Origin: Bacteriovoracia bacterium
GTDB lineage: Bacteria; Bdellovibrionota; UBA1018; CAIPTA01
Length of the DNA: 64,000 bases
NCBI GenBank assembly: GCA_050246755.1
Contig: JBFWVL010000001.1
Coordinates: forward strand, 1,824,001 to 1,888,000
Reading direction: 5' to 3'
A program made the translations under genes and the position numbers. Of this stretch, positions 9,562 to 18,437 are shown one piece after another. Positions within the stretch are counted from its first letter, which is position 1; each line of letters starts with the position of its first letter. The notes beneath the pieces were generated by a model that worked only from the letters and a program-made list of their open reading frames with translations, was not told where the DNA came from and did not search any database.

Positions 9562-10344
9562 ATGCGATCCATCTATCTCTTTATACCCCTGCTTTTCGTT
9601 CTTACCCTCACCGGTTGCTTGCGCACCCGCGAGCAAATCGCGCGCGAGCGAGAGGAGAAGGAACTCCAAGCCTCTCTTCAGCAAAACGTGGTGCAAACCG
9701 GCCAGGGAGTAGAATCCTTGCAGGCCGAGATCGGCCGGCTGCAGGGACGGATCGAAGAGATGGAGCATCGCCGCCAGCGGGAAATGAACGGCCTAAATTC
9801 CAGCCGAGAGGGCTCGGAAAAAACGCTCGCCGATATCAAGAATCAGCTCGCTTCGCTGCAGCAGTCGCAGGCCGCACTTTTCGAAGAAATTAAGAAACTG
9901 AAGGAAGATAATCTCCAGCTCAGCAAAGCCGTAGCCGAAAGGCCCCGCGCGGCGTCGGCACCGAGTTCCGCTCAAAAAAAAAGCGCCGGTAGCGATTACG
10001 ACGCTGCGTTAAAATCTTATCTCGCCAAAGATTTTCCCCAAGCGATCGAAGGATTTCGGTCCTACCTCGAAGTGAATTCTAGCGGGAAGAAAAGCAATAG
10101 CGCCCATTTCTATCTGGGAGACAGCCTCTACCGCACGAAAGATTTCACGAACGCCATCGTGGAATTCGGTGTGGTTCACGAGAAAGCCGCCCGTTCCGCC
10201 CTGGGACGCAAAAGCACCCTCAAGATCGCGGAGAGTTTTAAGGCTCTCGGCAAAAATAAAGACGCCAAGGCCTTCGCGCAAATCTTGGTAGACTCGAGCC
10301 CCGACAGCATCGAGGCGAAGCAGGCTAAGAAACTTTTGAAGTAA
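9562..10344 (+). CDS. cpoB: Tol-Pal coordinator CpoB/YbgF (coiled coil + TPR)
   Basis: Lipobox LTGC, N-terminal coiled coil and C-terminal TPRs (AHFYLGDSLY, LKIAESF). Lies downstream of pal. Confidence 0.85.
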   Translation: MRSIYLFIPLLFVLTLTGCLRTREQIAREREEKELQASLQQNVVQTGQGVESLQAEIGRLQGRIEEMEHRRQREMNGLNSSREGSEKTLADIKNQLASLQQSQAALFEEIKKLKEDNLQLSKAVAERPRAASAPSSAQKKSAGSDYDAALKSYLAKDFPQAIEGFRSYLEVNSSGKKSNSAHFYLGDSLYRTKDFTNAIVEFGVVHEKAARSALGRKSTLKIAESFKALGKNKDAKAFAQILVDSSPDSIEAKQAKKLLK

Positions 10345-10354
10345 CGAGGTTCGC

Positions 10355-11908
10355 ATGAAGATCCAGGGATGGGGTCGGGTAGTGGCAACGGTTGCCTTTT
10401 CGCTCGTATTTTTTTCCGCTTGCACCGGCAAGCAGCCCGCTACCACCGCGGGCGGCAAGCTCCGCATTTTTTACAATAACGACAATAACGGCTACCTCGA
10501 GCCCTGCGGCTGCCGCGTTTCCCCGATCGGTGGGATCGACCGACGCTGGAACGGGATGAAAGCCTACCCGGATGAATCGCGCGTATTCGTGGACGCTGGG
10601 AATCTGCTCTTTAAGTCTACCCAGGCCACCGACTTTCTCGCGCCCCAGTGGTACGAGCAAGCGGCGGGTGTGATCGAGGGCTATAATCTTCTCGCCGCCG
10701 ACGCCGTGGCCGTGGGCGAAACCGACCTCGGGCTCGGCGTAAAAAAATTCGAAGCCCTCGCCAAACTCGCGCGCTTTCCTTTTCTCTCCGCGAATATCTA
10801 CTGGAAGGGCACCCGCAATCTTTTCGTGAAGGATTCGATCGTGGTCGAGCGCATGGGGAAGAAGATCGGGATCTTTGGCCTCTTCCATCCCGCCCTCAAG
10901 CTCCCGCCCGAGCTCGAAGCGGGTGATCCCATCGCGCATGCGCACGCGGTGGTGAAAAAATTGCGGGCTCAGGGCGTAGACATGGTGATCGCGCTCGCGC
11001 ACGAGGGCTACGACCGCGACATCGAGCTCGCTAAAGCCGAGCCCGGCATCGATTTGCTCGTGGGCGCGAATTCCCAAAGCTTGCTGCAGAGCCCGGATAT
11101 GGTGGGCAAGACTCTCGTGGTTCAGCTCAGCAACCAAGGTCAGATGCTCGGGATGGTGGAATACGAAGCGGCTTCGTTGCCGGGCAAGCGGACGGATTTC
11201 CAGGTGGTGGAGCTCGATGGGCAATACAATGAATCTCCGCGTGGCCTCGCGAACCCAATGAAGAATCTTCTCGCCGTCACGAACCTCCGTATGGGCGAGG
11301 CCAATCGCAAGCTCGACGAAAGAATCTGGGCGGCGCACGAGGGCAGTGCACCGGCCGGCTTCGATACCTTTCTCTCTTGCCGAGATTGTCACTCGAAGCA
11401 AGCCGAGTTCCAGGAAGGAAAGCTCCATGCGGCCGCTTTTCTTACGCTCGTAGCCCGAAAAAAAGAAATGAACCTCGACTGCGTGAAGTGCCACAGCGTG
11501 GGTATGGGGCAGCCGGGAGGATTTAATTCCCTGGGCGAAGCCTTCCGCGACGAAGTGGGCCAGCCGGTTCCCTTCGAGCATATCAAGAAAGCTATGGGCT
11601 CCATTCCGGCGCCGGACGCCGACTATCGCGCCAATCCCGCGAAGATCCGTCCCGACGTGGCCCGCTGGATTGCGAGTCTCAAGCAGGCGGGCGTGAAGAA
11701 ATCTTTCGTGGGCGTCCAGTGCGAGAATTGCCACGGCGCCAAACCCGGCCATCCTTTCGCCAACGACGGTTCCGCCACGAAGGTGGCCACGGGGCTTTGC
11801 CTCCAGTGCCATACCAAGGAGCAGATGCCTGCCTGGTACGACGGTACCGGTAAGGTGAAGCCGGCGGCCGTAAATACGGCCTTAAAATCCGTGGCCTGCC
11901 CGCGCTAG
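10355..11908 (+). CDS. UshA-like metallophosphoesterase-fold domain fused to a tetraheme c554-like cytochrome; lipoprotein
   Basis: Lipobox FSAC, GYLEPCGC, GGIDRR, VDAGN and FPFLSAN. Four CxxCH motifs (CRDCH, CVKCH, CENCH, CLQCH). Confidence 0.85.
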   Translation: MKIQGWGRVVATVAFSLVFFSACTGKQPATTAGGKLRIFYNNDNNGYLEPCGCRVSPIGGIDRRWNGMKAYPDESRVFVDAGNLLFKSTQATDFLAPQWYEQAAGVIEGYNLLAADAVAVGETDLGLGVKKFEALAKLARFPFLSANIYWKGTRNLFVKDSIVVERMGKKIGIFGLFHPALKLPPELEAGDPIAHAHAVVKKLRAQGVDMVIALAHEGYDRDIELAKAEPGIDLLVGANSQSLLQSPDMVGKTLVVQLSNQGQMLGMVEYEAASLPGKRTDFQVVELDGQYNESPRGLANPMKNLLAVTNLRMGEANRKLDERIWAAHEGSAPAGFDTFLSCRDCHSKQAEFQEGKLHAAAFLTLVARKKEMNLDCVKCHSVGMGQPGGFNSLGEAFRDEVGQPVPFEHIKKAMGSIPAPDADYRANPAKIRPDVARWIASLKQAGVKKSFVGVQCENCHGAKPGHPFANDGSATKVATGLCLQCHTKEQMPAWYDGTGKVKPAAVNTALKSVACPR

Positions 11909-12051
11909 AGTCCGACTCGTTTTTACACCTGTCTAAAACTTTTTCAGGGCTTTACCCCCCTGTCTCCTTCCATCACCCTGATTTTGTTCAGTAATTTATT
12001 GGGCGCGGCCTTGCTTATTACTTGGCAAGTATCTTAAGCGAGGGAGCCTTT

Positions 12052-12324
12052 ATGAAAAGCATCTACTTCTTACTAGCAGTTACTTTATTTATCGCCGGCA
12101 ATGCCCGCGCGGAAGACGCCGATTTTAAGCGCTGCGTGCGCGTGCTGATGAGCAATAATCCCGATTTTAGCCGCGCAAAGGCGGAATACGGCTGTACCAA
12201 TCCTTTTACCGATCAAGCCCCCGACAGTCCCCAAAAGGAAAAATGGCGTGAGGAATTTGCCCAGGACGCGGCTGATGCTCAGGCCGAAAATCAACGCGCC
12301 GACCACGCAGATCGCGGCGAATAA
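12052..12324 (+). CDS. Small secreted hypothetical protein
   Basis: SD GGGAG before ATG 12052, signal peptide ending ARA, and two Cys. Confidence 0.7.
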   Translation: MKSIYFLLAVTLFIAGNARAEDADFKRCVRVLMSNNPDFSRAKAEYGCTNPFTDQAPDSPQKEKWREEFAQDAADAQAENQRADHADRGE

Positions 12325-12439
12325 TTTTTTACTATCTAGGCCCTCTAGCGGAAGCGAGATCCCCCCTCGCTTCCGTTTTTATTTCTATTTTGGGCAGTCG
12401 ATTTTTTCGATGAGCCAGTTAGCTACTAGGCGCTCATCC

Positions 12440-13078
12440 TCAAGACCAATTCACCGTGAACTTCGCCTTGGAGCCATCGGCCTTATCGATTTCCACGTAG
12501 CCTTTGTTCAAGCCATGCAGGAAAACGTCGCGGGTCACTTCCACGTCCTTGATGCAATAGTCGATGATCTGCTGCACTTTGCCTTCTTTCCACCACTGCA
12601 CGGCCATCAAGCCGTCGGCGCTTTTGCCGGTGCCGAGGGTGGCGTGGGCGATCTTCTCGAGCTTCACGAAGCGCCAGCCGCTGATATTGTGCACGTCGAG
12701 CATGATGTCGAATACGTCGAGCTCGGAGGCGGGAGGCAGGCCGTATTTTTCGAGGATGGGTAAGTCGAAGCCGATGAGGTTATAGCCGATCAGCACCCGC
12801 TCTTTGCAGAGCTCCACGAGCTCGCCGAGCTTGTCTTCGGTATAGCTGTGCATGGTATTGGTCTTGGAATCGTAGGCGCAGGCCACCGAGCATTCGAGCT
12901 GCTTGAAGTTCTTCCAGCCGCCCACGCTGTCCACGAGATCTTTGGTCTCGATATCCACCACGAGAAAATGCTGGTTCTTTTGGAACAGCGAAGCGGGGGA
13001 GAGGTCACTTCCGAGCGGCACGGAGAGATCGTGACTCCAGAATGACGCACTTAATTTTACGCGGTTGGGGGTGGCCAT
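12440..13078 (-). CDS. Stand-alone DEDDy 3'-5' exonuclease (RNase_H_2, YprB/MrfB-like)
   Basis: ExoI VVDIET, ExoII GYNLIGFDLP and ExoIII YCIKDV. Confidence 0.85.
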   Translation of the reverse strand: MATPNRVKLSASFWSHDLSVPLGSDLSPASLFQKNQHFLVVDIETKDLVDSVGGWKNFKQLECSVACAYDSKTNTMHSYTEDKLGELVELCKERVLIGYNLIGFDLPILEKYGLPPASELDVFDIMLDVHNISGWRFVKLEKIAHATLGTGKSADGLMAVQWWKEGKVQQIIDYCIKDVEVTRDVFLHGLNKGYVEIDKADGSKAKFTVNWS

Positions 13079-13195
13079 GGGGATTTCATAGCATACCGCA
13101 GATTCCTGGTGGCTAAGCGGCGCGTCATCCTTGACCTAAGCCCTTAAGTGCCTTCAAATAGGCAGGTCTTAAACCGAATACTAGGAGCTTAGAAA

Positions 13196-13792
13196 ATGAG
13201 TGAAATGATTCGTCCGCTCGTGCAAAAGTCTGCCCCTGATTTCAAGGGCGTTGCCGTTATTAACAAAGAGTTCAAAGAAATCTCGCTGAAGGATTACAAA
13301 GGAAAATGGCTCTGCCTTTTCTTCTATCCCCTGGATTTTACTTTCGTATGCCCCACCGAAATCACCGCGTTCTCGGATCGCGTAGAAGACTTCAAAAAAT
13401 TGGGCTGCGAAGTGGTTGGTTCTTCGATCGATTCCCAATTCTCCCACTTGGCTTGGATCAATACCCCTCGTGCGAACGGCGGCTTGGGCGAGATCAAGTA
13501 CCCTCTCCTCGCCGATGTGAATAAAGATGCCGCCCGTGCTTTTCAAGTGCTGGCCGACGACGGCGTGGCTCTCCGCGGGCTCTTCTTGATCAACCCCCAA
13601 GGTAAGATTTCTTACCAAGTGGTGCACGATCTCGGGGTAGGCCGCTCGGTAGACGAAACCCTTCGCGTGCTCGAAGCGTTCCAGTACGTAGAGAAGCACG
13701 GCGAAGTTTGCCCCGCCAACTGGAAAAAAGGCGCCGACACGATGAAGCCGGACCCTAAGGGCTCGCAAGACTACTTCAAGAAGCAGAAGTAA
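13196..13792 (+). CDS. ahpC: 2-Cys peroxiredoxin (AhpC/Prx1)
   Basis: [15 protein letters not shown] and [15 protein letters not shown]. Confidence 0.95.
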   Translation: MSEMIRPLVQKSAPDFKGVAVINKEFKEISLKDYKGKWLCLFFYPLDFTFVCPTEITAFSDRVEDFKKLGCEVVGSSIDSQFSHLAWINTPRANGGLGEIKYPLLADVNKDAARAFQVLADDGVALRGLFLINPQGKISYQVVHDLGVGRSVDETLRVLEAFQYVEKHGEVCPANWKKGADTMKPDPKGSQDYFKKQK

Positions 13793-13802
13793 GTTTTTGC
13801 CG

Positions 13803-13842
13803 AAGGGGCGCTTTCTCTCGCAAGAGGGAAGGCGCCTTTTTT
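13803..13842 (+). terminator. Rho-independent terminator after ahpC
   Basis: aaggggcgctttctctc-GCAA-gagggaaggcgcc followed by a T run. Confidence 0.8.
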
Positions 13843-14899
13843 ATTTTTGGATAGCGTCGTAGTCGGGGCCTACCACGTCGGATACCGCGAGGCCTTTTGC
13901 CTCCGAGCAAACCGCGGAGATGAGGTATTTGCGGTAGTCGGCGTGGAGCTTGAGCTGTGATTTCTTTTCGCCGGCGGGTAGAGAGAATTGCTGCGCCAGC
14001 ACGAGCGGCGCCGTGTTCGTGGCTTGGGTATAAAGGCTGCAGTTGGCCGCTCGGGGCTCTTTGCGGTCGATCTTCAGCAGCACGAAAGACGGGGGCTTCG
14101 GGGTGGGATCGCGCGTGAGGAAAATGGTATTGGCCTGGCCGTAGTCCAAGGGGGTGAATTGGAAGGTTTTCGCCATTTCGAATGGATCGATTGCCGGCAG
14201 CGACTCGCGGGGCACGTTGAGGTCTGCCGGGTGAATCAGCTCTCTTGCCAGCAGATAGCGCCTTCCGGGAAAGGTGGTGGCGCTCAAGCCGAGCCGGCAA
14301 TTTACCGTGCCGACGTATTTTTTTGCCGAACCGGCGCTGCCCTCGAGAGAAAGTTCAGCTTCGGCTAAGCCATTATTGCAGACGATGAGGGCGCCCTGTT
14401 CCGTTTGGCGCAGGCTGAAATGGGTGCCGTTTTCATTCGCGCCGATGCTCAGCCCGTAGCCGACGAAGCCGATGGAAAATTTCTTCGCCTGGCTAAGCAA
14501 TTCGGCGGCGCCTTGCTGGAGCAGCAAGCCGATCACGCCGTCCTTCGCCTCGATACGCCCCGCGCTGCCTTGCCGAAAGGAAGCGCGGAAGGCTTCTTTG
14601 CATTCGAGATCGGCGCCCTGGGCTTGAACCTGAAAAGAATCGCCGGGGAGGAGCGCCTTTTTTACGCCGCCGTCGCGGAGCTGACAAACGGCCGTTACGG
14701 GAAAAATCGCGGGAAGATTTGCGTAGAGAAAAAGATGCGTTTCTCGCGAGGTATGATTCAAGATCCAGCCTTGAACCGCTCGATACTTCTCCTGCAGCGA
14801 ATCCCGGGTGGGTACGAAATCGCGCCAGCCGGCCTGCGCGGAGGAATGGAGCGTTAAAAATAGGAGCAAAAGCAGCTTCATTTTTTTCCAGTCTAGCAT
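13841..14899 (-). CDS. Secreted protein with a FecR-like beta-rich domain
   Basis: Signal peptide ending AQA. The pattern LLPGD...LLLQQG...GTHFSL...VCNNGLA resembles FecR. Confidence 0.6.
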   Translation of the reverse strand: MLDWKKMKLLLLLFLTLHSSAQAGWRDFVPTRDSLQEKYRAVQGWILNHTSRETHLFLYANLPAIFPVTAVCQLRDGGVKKALLPGDSFQVQAQGADLECKEAFRASFRQGSAGRIEAKDGVIGLLLQQGAAELLSQAKKFSIGFVGYGLSIGANENGTHFSLRQTEQGALIVCNNGLAEAELSLEGSAGSAKKYVGTVNCRLGLSATTFPGRRYLLARELIHPADLNVPRESLPAIDPFEMAKTFQFTPLDYGQANTIFLTRDPTPKPPSFVLLKIDRKEPRAANCSLYTQATNTAPLVLAQQFSLPAGEKKSQLKLHADYRKYLISAVCSEAKGLAVSDVVGPDYDAIQK

Positions 14900-14972
14900 G
14901 GGGCCTGTTTCCGGGCGGCCTGTATCTCACTGGATTCGCTGATGTATTCACTACTTCCGCAAATTTGAATAA

Positions 14973-15001
14973 TTGACTCAATTTATCGGAAATGAGATGA
15001 T
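14973..15001 (+). promoter_or_regulatory. Putative sigma70 promoter facing an intergenic region
   Basis: TTGACT-N17-GATGAT with TG at the extended -10 position. The -10 is imperfect. Confidence 0.45.
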
Positions 15002-15007
15002 GAAAGA

Positions 15008-15397
15008 AGGTAGGGTTTCAGAAGATTTGAAGCCGTTAAACCCGGCGCATAGGGCGCTAAGGCGGCGAAAGCTAGCTTCAGCGAAGGGGGATTTTCGGTA
15101 CCCACGCTCTCGAGGGGCGGTGGAATCACTGGGTTGGGGTTTTCGTGGCGAACGAGGCCTCAGGGTTACCGGAATTCAGAGGAGTAATTATGGGGGCATG
15201 GCTTCGGGCAATACCGGGGCCGGGCACCAAGATAAAAATTGTTTATAAAAATCCAGCTGCAGGCGCCTAGCGCGCATTCCGGAAGCTTCCCTTCGTGGGT
15301 TCAACTTCCGGGACGATTGATCTGATAATCATTACGCAGATTCCGATATTGATCGGAAGCAGAAAAAGGGACCCAATCCGCGGGTTCCTTTTTTTTT
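15008..15397 (+). ncRNA. Candidate structured non-coding RNA (family not recognised)
   Basis: At least five hairpins whose G-U pairs favour the + strand, lying between a putative promoter and a U9 terminator. Confidence 0.45.
15363..15397 (+). terminator. Rho-independent terminator (could also act on the - strand for suhB)
   Basis: AAAAAGGGACCC-aatccgc-GGGTTCC followed by T9. Confidence 0.85.
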
Positions 15398-15472
15398 GGA
15401 AAAGAATGCCGTTTGCGGTAGGGAGCGGAAATCAGGATCAGATCTGCGTCCGCTTTGAATGCCAACTGATTC

Positions 15473-16264
15473 TTACCGCAATATCTGCATCATCGAAGTA
15501 TGGACGTGGGAATTCGTGGCGAGCACTTCTTTGCCGTTGATCGAGAATTCCTCGCCGTTATAGCCCGTAACTCTTCCGCCGGCCTCATTCACCAAGAGGG
15601 CGCCGGCGCACACATCCCAGCTCGCGAGATTTCTCTCCCAGAATGCGTCGAATACCCCGGCGGCCACGTAGGCCAGATCGATGGCGGCGGCTCCCGGGCG
15701 GCGCACGGCCCGGGCTTCAAGGTGGGCGCGCTCGAAGCGCTCGATCTCGGGGCAGAGCTTGTCTTCGTCGCGGATATAAGCGAAGCCCGTGGTGAGGAGG
15801 CACTGAGAAAGATGATTGCGCTTGCTCACCTGCATGGGTTTCCGGTTCAGGAAGGCCCCGCCGCCTTTGGCGGCGTGGAAGGTTTCTTCCACGGTGGGAA
15901 TATAAATCACCCCTAGGATCGGCTGATTGCCGATGGCGAGCCCGATCGAAACGCAGAACATGGGAAATCCGTGCACGAAATTCGTGGTGCCGTCGAGGGG
16001 ATCTACGTGCCAAGTAGGCACGGTGGGATCGGTCTTGCCGTTGTCGCCGCTTTCCTCGCCGTGAAACTGGAATCCCGGGTAGGATTTTTTCAGCATCTTT
16101 TGGATAAGGGCTTCGCTCTTCAAATCGGCCTCGGTTACCAGGCTCGAGCGGGCCTTCTCGTGCACCGCAATTTTTTTGCGGTAGTAACGCATGAGCACTG
16201 CGCCGCCTTTGTGGGCGGCCTCGATGGCGTGCTTCTTGATCTTGGCGAGTTCGGCGGGTTTCAT
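15473..16264 (-). CDS. suhB: Inositol monophosphatase family protein
   Basis: GEES, DPLDGTTNFVHG, GAAAIDLAYVA and WDVCAG. Confidence 0.92.
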   Translation of the reverse strand: MKPAELAKIKKHAIEAAHKGGAVLMRYYRKKIAVHEKARSSLVTEADLKSEALIQKMLKKSYPGFQFHGEESGDNGKTDPTVPTWHVDPLDGTTNFVHGFPMFCVSIGLAIGNQPILGVIYIPTVEETFHAAKGGGAFLNRKPMQVSKRNHLSQCLLTTGFAYIRDEDKLCPEIERFERAHLEARAVRRPGAAAIDLAYVAAGVFDAFWERNLASWDVCAGALLVNEAGGRVTGYNGEEFSINGKEVLATNSHVHTSMMQILR

Positions 16265-16268
16265 ATTC

Positions 16269-17192
16269 TTAGAACCAGGCCATGGAGCGGCGGGCGTTCA
16301 CGTAGTCTTTCACGTACTGGCCATAGGCATCCCGCACTTTGGCCGTCACGGGGCCAAAACCTTTGGTGAAGTCCTTGCGTTTTCCGCCGGGCAGGAGGAT
16401 GGCGGTTACCGGCATTACTTCGCGGGTGGCGCTCGAAACGAAGCATTCCGTGGCGGCTTCCACGTCTTTAGGGAACATCGCGCGATCCTGGTAGGGCAAT
16501 TTTAATTTTACGGCCAATTCCGAAATCAAGGTACGGGTTAATCCGCGCAAGTTGCCGGTATTGGAGCGCGGCTCGTGCAGCGGGGTGTGAAGGCCGCCGT
16601 CGATCACGAAGGTAACGTTCGAGTTCGACGCTTCGGTGAGCTTACCGTCGAGGCTGAGCATGAGGGCGTCGTGGCCTCCGAGCTCCTTGGCTTCTGCCAC
16701 GGCGAGAATATTATTCAGGTAGTTTCCGCTTTTGATATTGGGATCCAGCGCCAGCGGAGAATTGCGGAGCGTGGCGGGCACGGCCAGCACCATCCCGGTC
16801 GAATAAAATTCCGGTTTCCAGGGCGGAAGCTCTTTGGCCAAAATAATAAAGGAGGTCTTCGTCGCGGTGGCGGGATCGAGGTCAAGGGGGCCGTCGCCGC
16901 GGCTGATGGTATAACGGATGAAAACGTCCTCTCCCTTTTTCACGCCGCTTTCTTTTACGGTGCGCATGATTTCCTGGGTAAGGAACGCGCGGTCTTGGGA
17001 AATTTTCATGCGGGCCAAGCGGGCGGAATTTTCGAGGCGGTCGAAATGCTCTTCGAGGAAGAAGGGAACGCCTTCGTAGGTGCGAGTTACCTCGTAAATC
17101 GAATCGCCGTACTGGAAACCGCGGTCGAAGATGGAGATCTTGGCCTCGGCGGCCGGGGTAATCAATCCGTTAACATTCGCCATTGCGCGCAT
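16269..17192 (-). CDS. Aminotransferase class IV (D-amino-acid/branched-chain type)
   Basis: DRGFQYGDSIYE, HFDRL, IKSGNYL (PLP Lys), EASNSN and LRGLTR. Confidence 0.9.
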   Translation of the reverse strand: MRAMANVNGLITPAAEAKISIFDRGFQYGDSIYEVTRTYEGVPFFLEEHFDRLENSARLARMKISQDRAFLTQEIMRTVKESGVKKGEDVFIRYTISRGDGPLDLDPATATKTSFIILAKELPPWKPEFYSTGMVLAVPATLRNSPLALDPNIKSGNYLNNILAVAEAKELGGHDALMLSLDGKLTEASNSNVTFVIDGGLHTPLHEPRSNTGNLRGLTRTLISELAVKLKLPYQDRAMFPKDVEAATECFVSSATREVMPVTAILLPGGKRKDFTKGFGPVTAKVRDAYGQYVKDYVNARRSMAWF

Positions 17193-17204
17193 GCGATGAG
17201 GTTA

Positions 17205-18392
17205 CTAAAGCGTGCGGATCTTCGCTAGGGGATAATAATAGGACAAAATTTCCTTGAAACGCTTGCCCTCTTCCGCCATCGCACGGGCGCCGATCTGGCA
17301 CATGCCCACGCCGTGCCCATATCCGTCCCCCGCCAGCTGCACGCCGTGCGCGTCCTCGGCCACCTGGAAGGCCGTGCTCTTGATGCGGGTATTGCCCACG
17401 GCATTGCGGAATGCGTTGGCGGAAATCAGCGCGCTATTGCCGGAAATATCGGAGAGCATCACGTCGCTGAGACGGCCGCTGCTATTGGGAGCGCCCGCTT
17501 CCAGGTGAGCGAGGCGCACAAAGCCTTTGGGAAGCAGGCCCGCCACTTTTCGCAACGCGTGTTCCAGCTGGGGCTTGGAGAGATGGAGCGCCCAACGCTT
17601 CTGGTCCCGTTTGTTCTTATGGTAGGGGCAAACCACGGGCCGGAATCCGCCGATATTTCCGCCCCACACAAATTCGGGAACTTCGGTGATGCCGCCGCAG
17701 TTCGCGTGGAAGTACGCCTTCACGATAGATTGCGAAAAAGTAAGAACCATTCCGCGCGTCTCGTCCACGGCGGAGTTGGAGCGAGGGGTTTCGCTTTCCG
17801 CGCCGTCGTATACCTGATCCTGCGTGGTGCTTTCGAGATCGAATTCGCGGCCGGCGCTCTGCTGAATTTGGTAGATTGCGTAGGAGCGGGAAGCCACCGC
17901 TTGCGCTTTCAGGGCCTCCATCGGCCAGCTTGGAGACATTTCGCGATTGATGAGCCCGGCGATATACTTTTCAATTCCGAGCGTGTTCACCACGGCGCAG
18001 CCACCCTGGCGCGGATAAATGGTAAGCCGGTTGCGATAGAGCTTTCCATTCACGCGCAGAAAACCGGCGGAAGTGGCGATTTCTAATTTCTCCGTGGTTT
18101 GGCGCCCGGGGCCGAACTCCACGAAACCCCGGCCCGATTTATTTTTCCCGCAGTGCACGCCCACGAAGCTTTCCCCAGCGAAGGTTTGCTTTCCGTCGAT
18201 GACGAGATCAGCTCCCGATAAGCGGAAGCGCGGGTAGGTACCGAGAAGAATACGCACTTCGCGTTCGGCATTCGCGGAACTTAGAAGGCCGGAAGGGGAA
18301 ATGGGAAGGGCGAATGCCTTCCCCGAAAAAAGAGAAAACCATCCTAGTGCGAGCGTGAGCCCGCTGAGCTTGAAGCAATCCATTGCCACCAC
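17205..18392 (-). CDS. SpoIID/LytB-domain peptidoglycan lytic protein
   Basis: EMSPSWPMEALKAQAVASRSY, QVYDG, YFHANCGG and GHGVGMCQIGA. Confidence 0.92.
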   Translation of the reverse strand: MVAMDCFKLSGLTLALGWFSLFSGKAFALPISPSGLLSSANAEREVRILLGTYPRFRLSGADLVIDGKQTFAGESFVGVHCGKNKSGRGFVEFGPGRQTTEKLEIATSAGFLRVNGKLYRNRLTIYPRQGGCAVVNTLGIEKYIAGLINREMSPSWPMEALKAQAVASRSYAIYQIQQSAGREFDLESTTQDQVYDGAESETPRSNSAVDETRGMVLTFSQSIVKAYFHANCGGITEVPEFVWGGNIGGFRPVVCPYHKNKRDQKRWALHLSKPQLEHALRKVAGLLPKGFVRLAHLEAGAPNSSGRLSDVMLSDISGNSALISANAFRNAVGNTRIKSTAFQVAEDAHGVQLAGDGYGHGVGMCQIGARAMAEEGKRFKEILSYYYPLAKIRTL

Positions 18393-18437
18393 GCAAAAAT
18401 TCTAACAGTAGCGGTGGCAATGGCGCGAAGAACTTCT

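Noticed and set aside
10495-10515. Selenocysteine recoding in the UshA-like CxC motif
   Set aside because: Both codons are TGC, with no in-frame TGA.
10325-11812. Long antisense ORFs (also 48306-49616, 57007-58266, 58335-59426, 43690-44748, 7515-8498)
   Set aside because: They mirror well-supported genes, as expected from codon bias in GC-rich DNA, and have no motifs or start signals.
11999-12015. Sigma54 promoter (GG-N10-GC) upstream of 12052
   Set aside because: The spacing fits, but the -24 element matches TGGCACG poorly, so it is too weak to call.
15010-15175. c-di-GMP-I riboswitch (GAAA tetraloop; GGGTTACCG at about 15163)
   Set aside because: The GYAAAC...GACGCAAAGC core and tetraloop receptor could not be matched by eye.
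15295-15313. GTGGGTTCAACTTCC resembles a tRNA/tmRNA T-arm
   Set aside because: There is no acceptor stem or CCA end, no D or anticodon arms, and no tmRNA 5' end or typical tag peptide.
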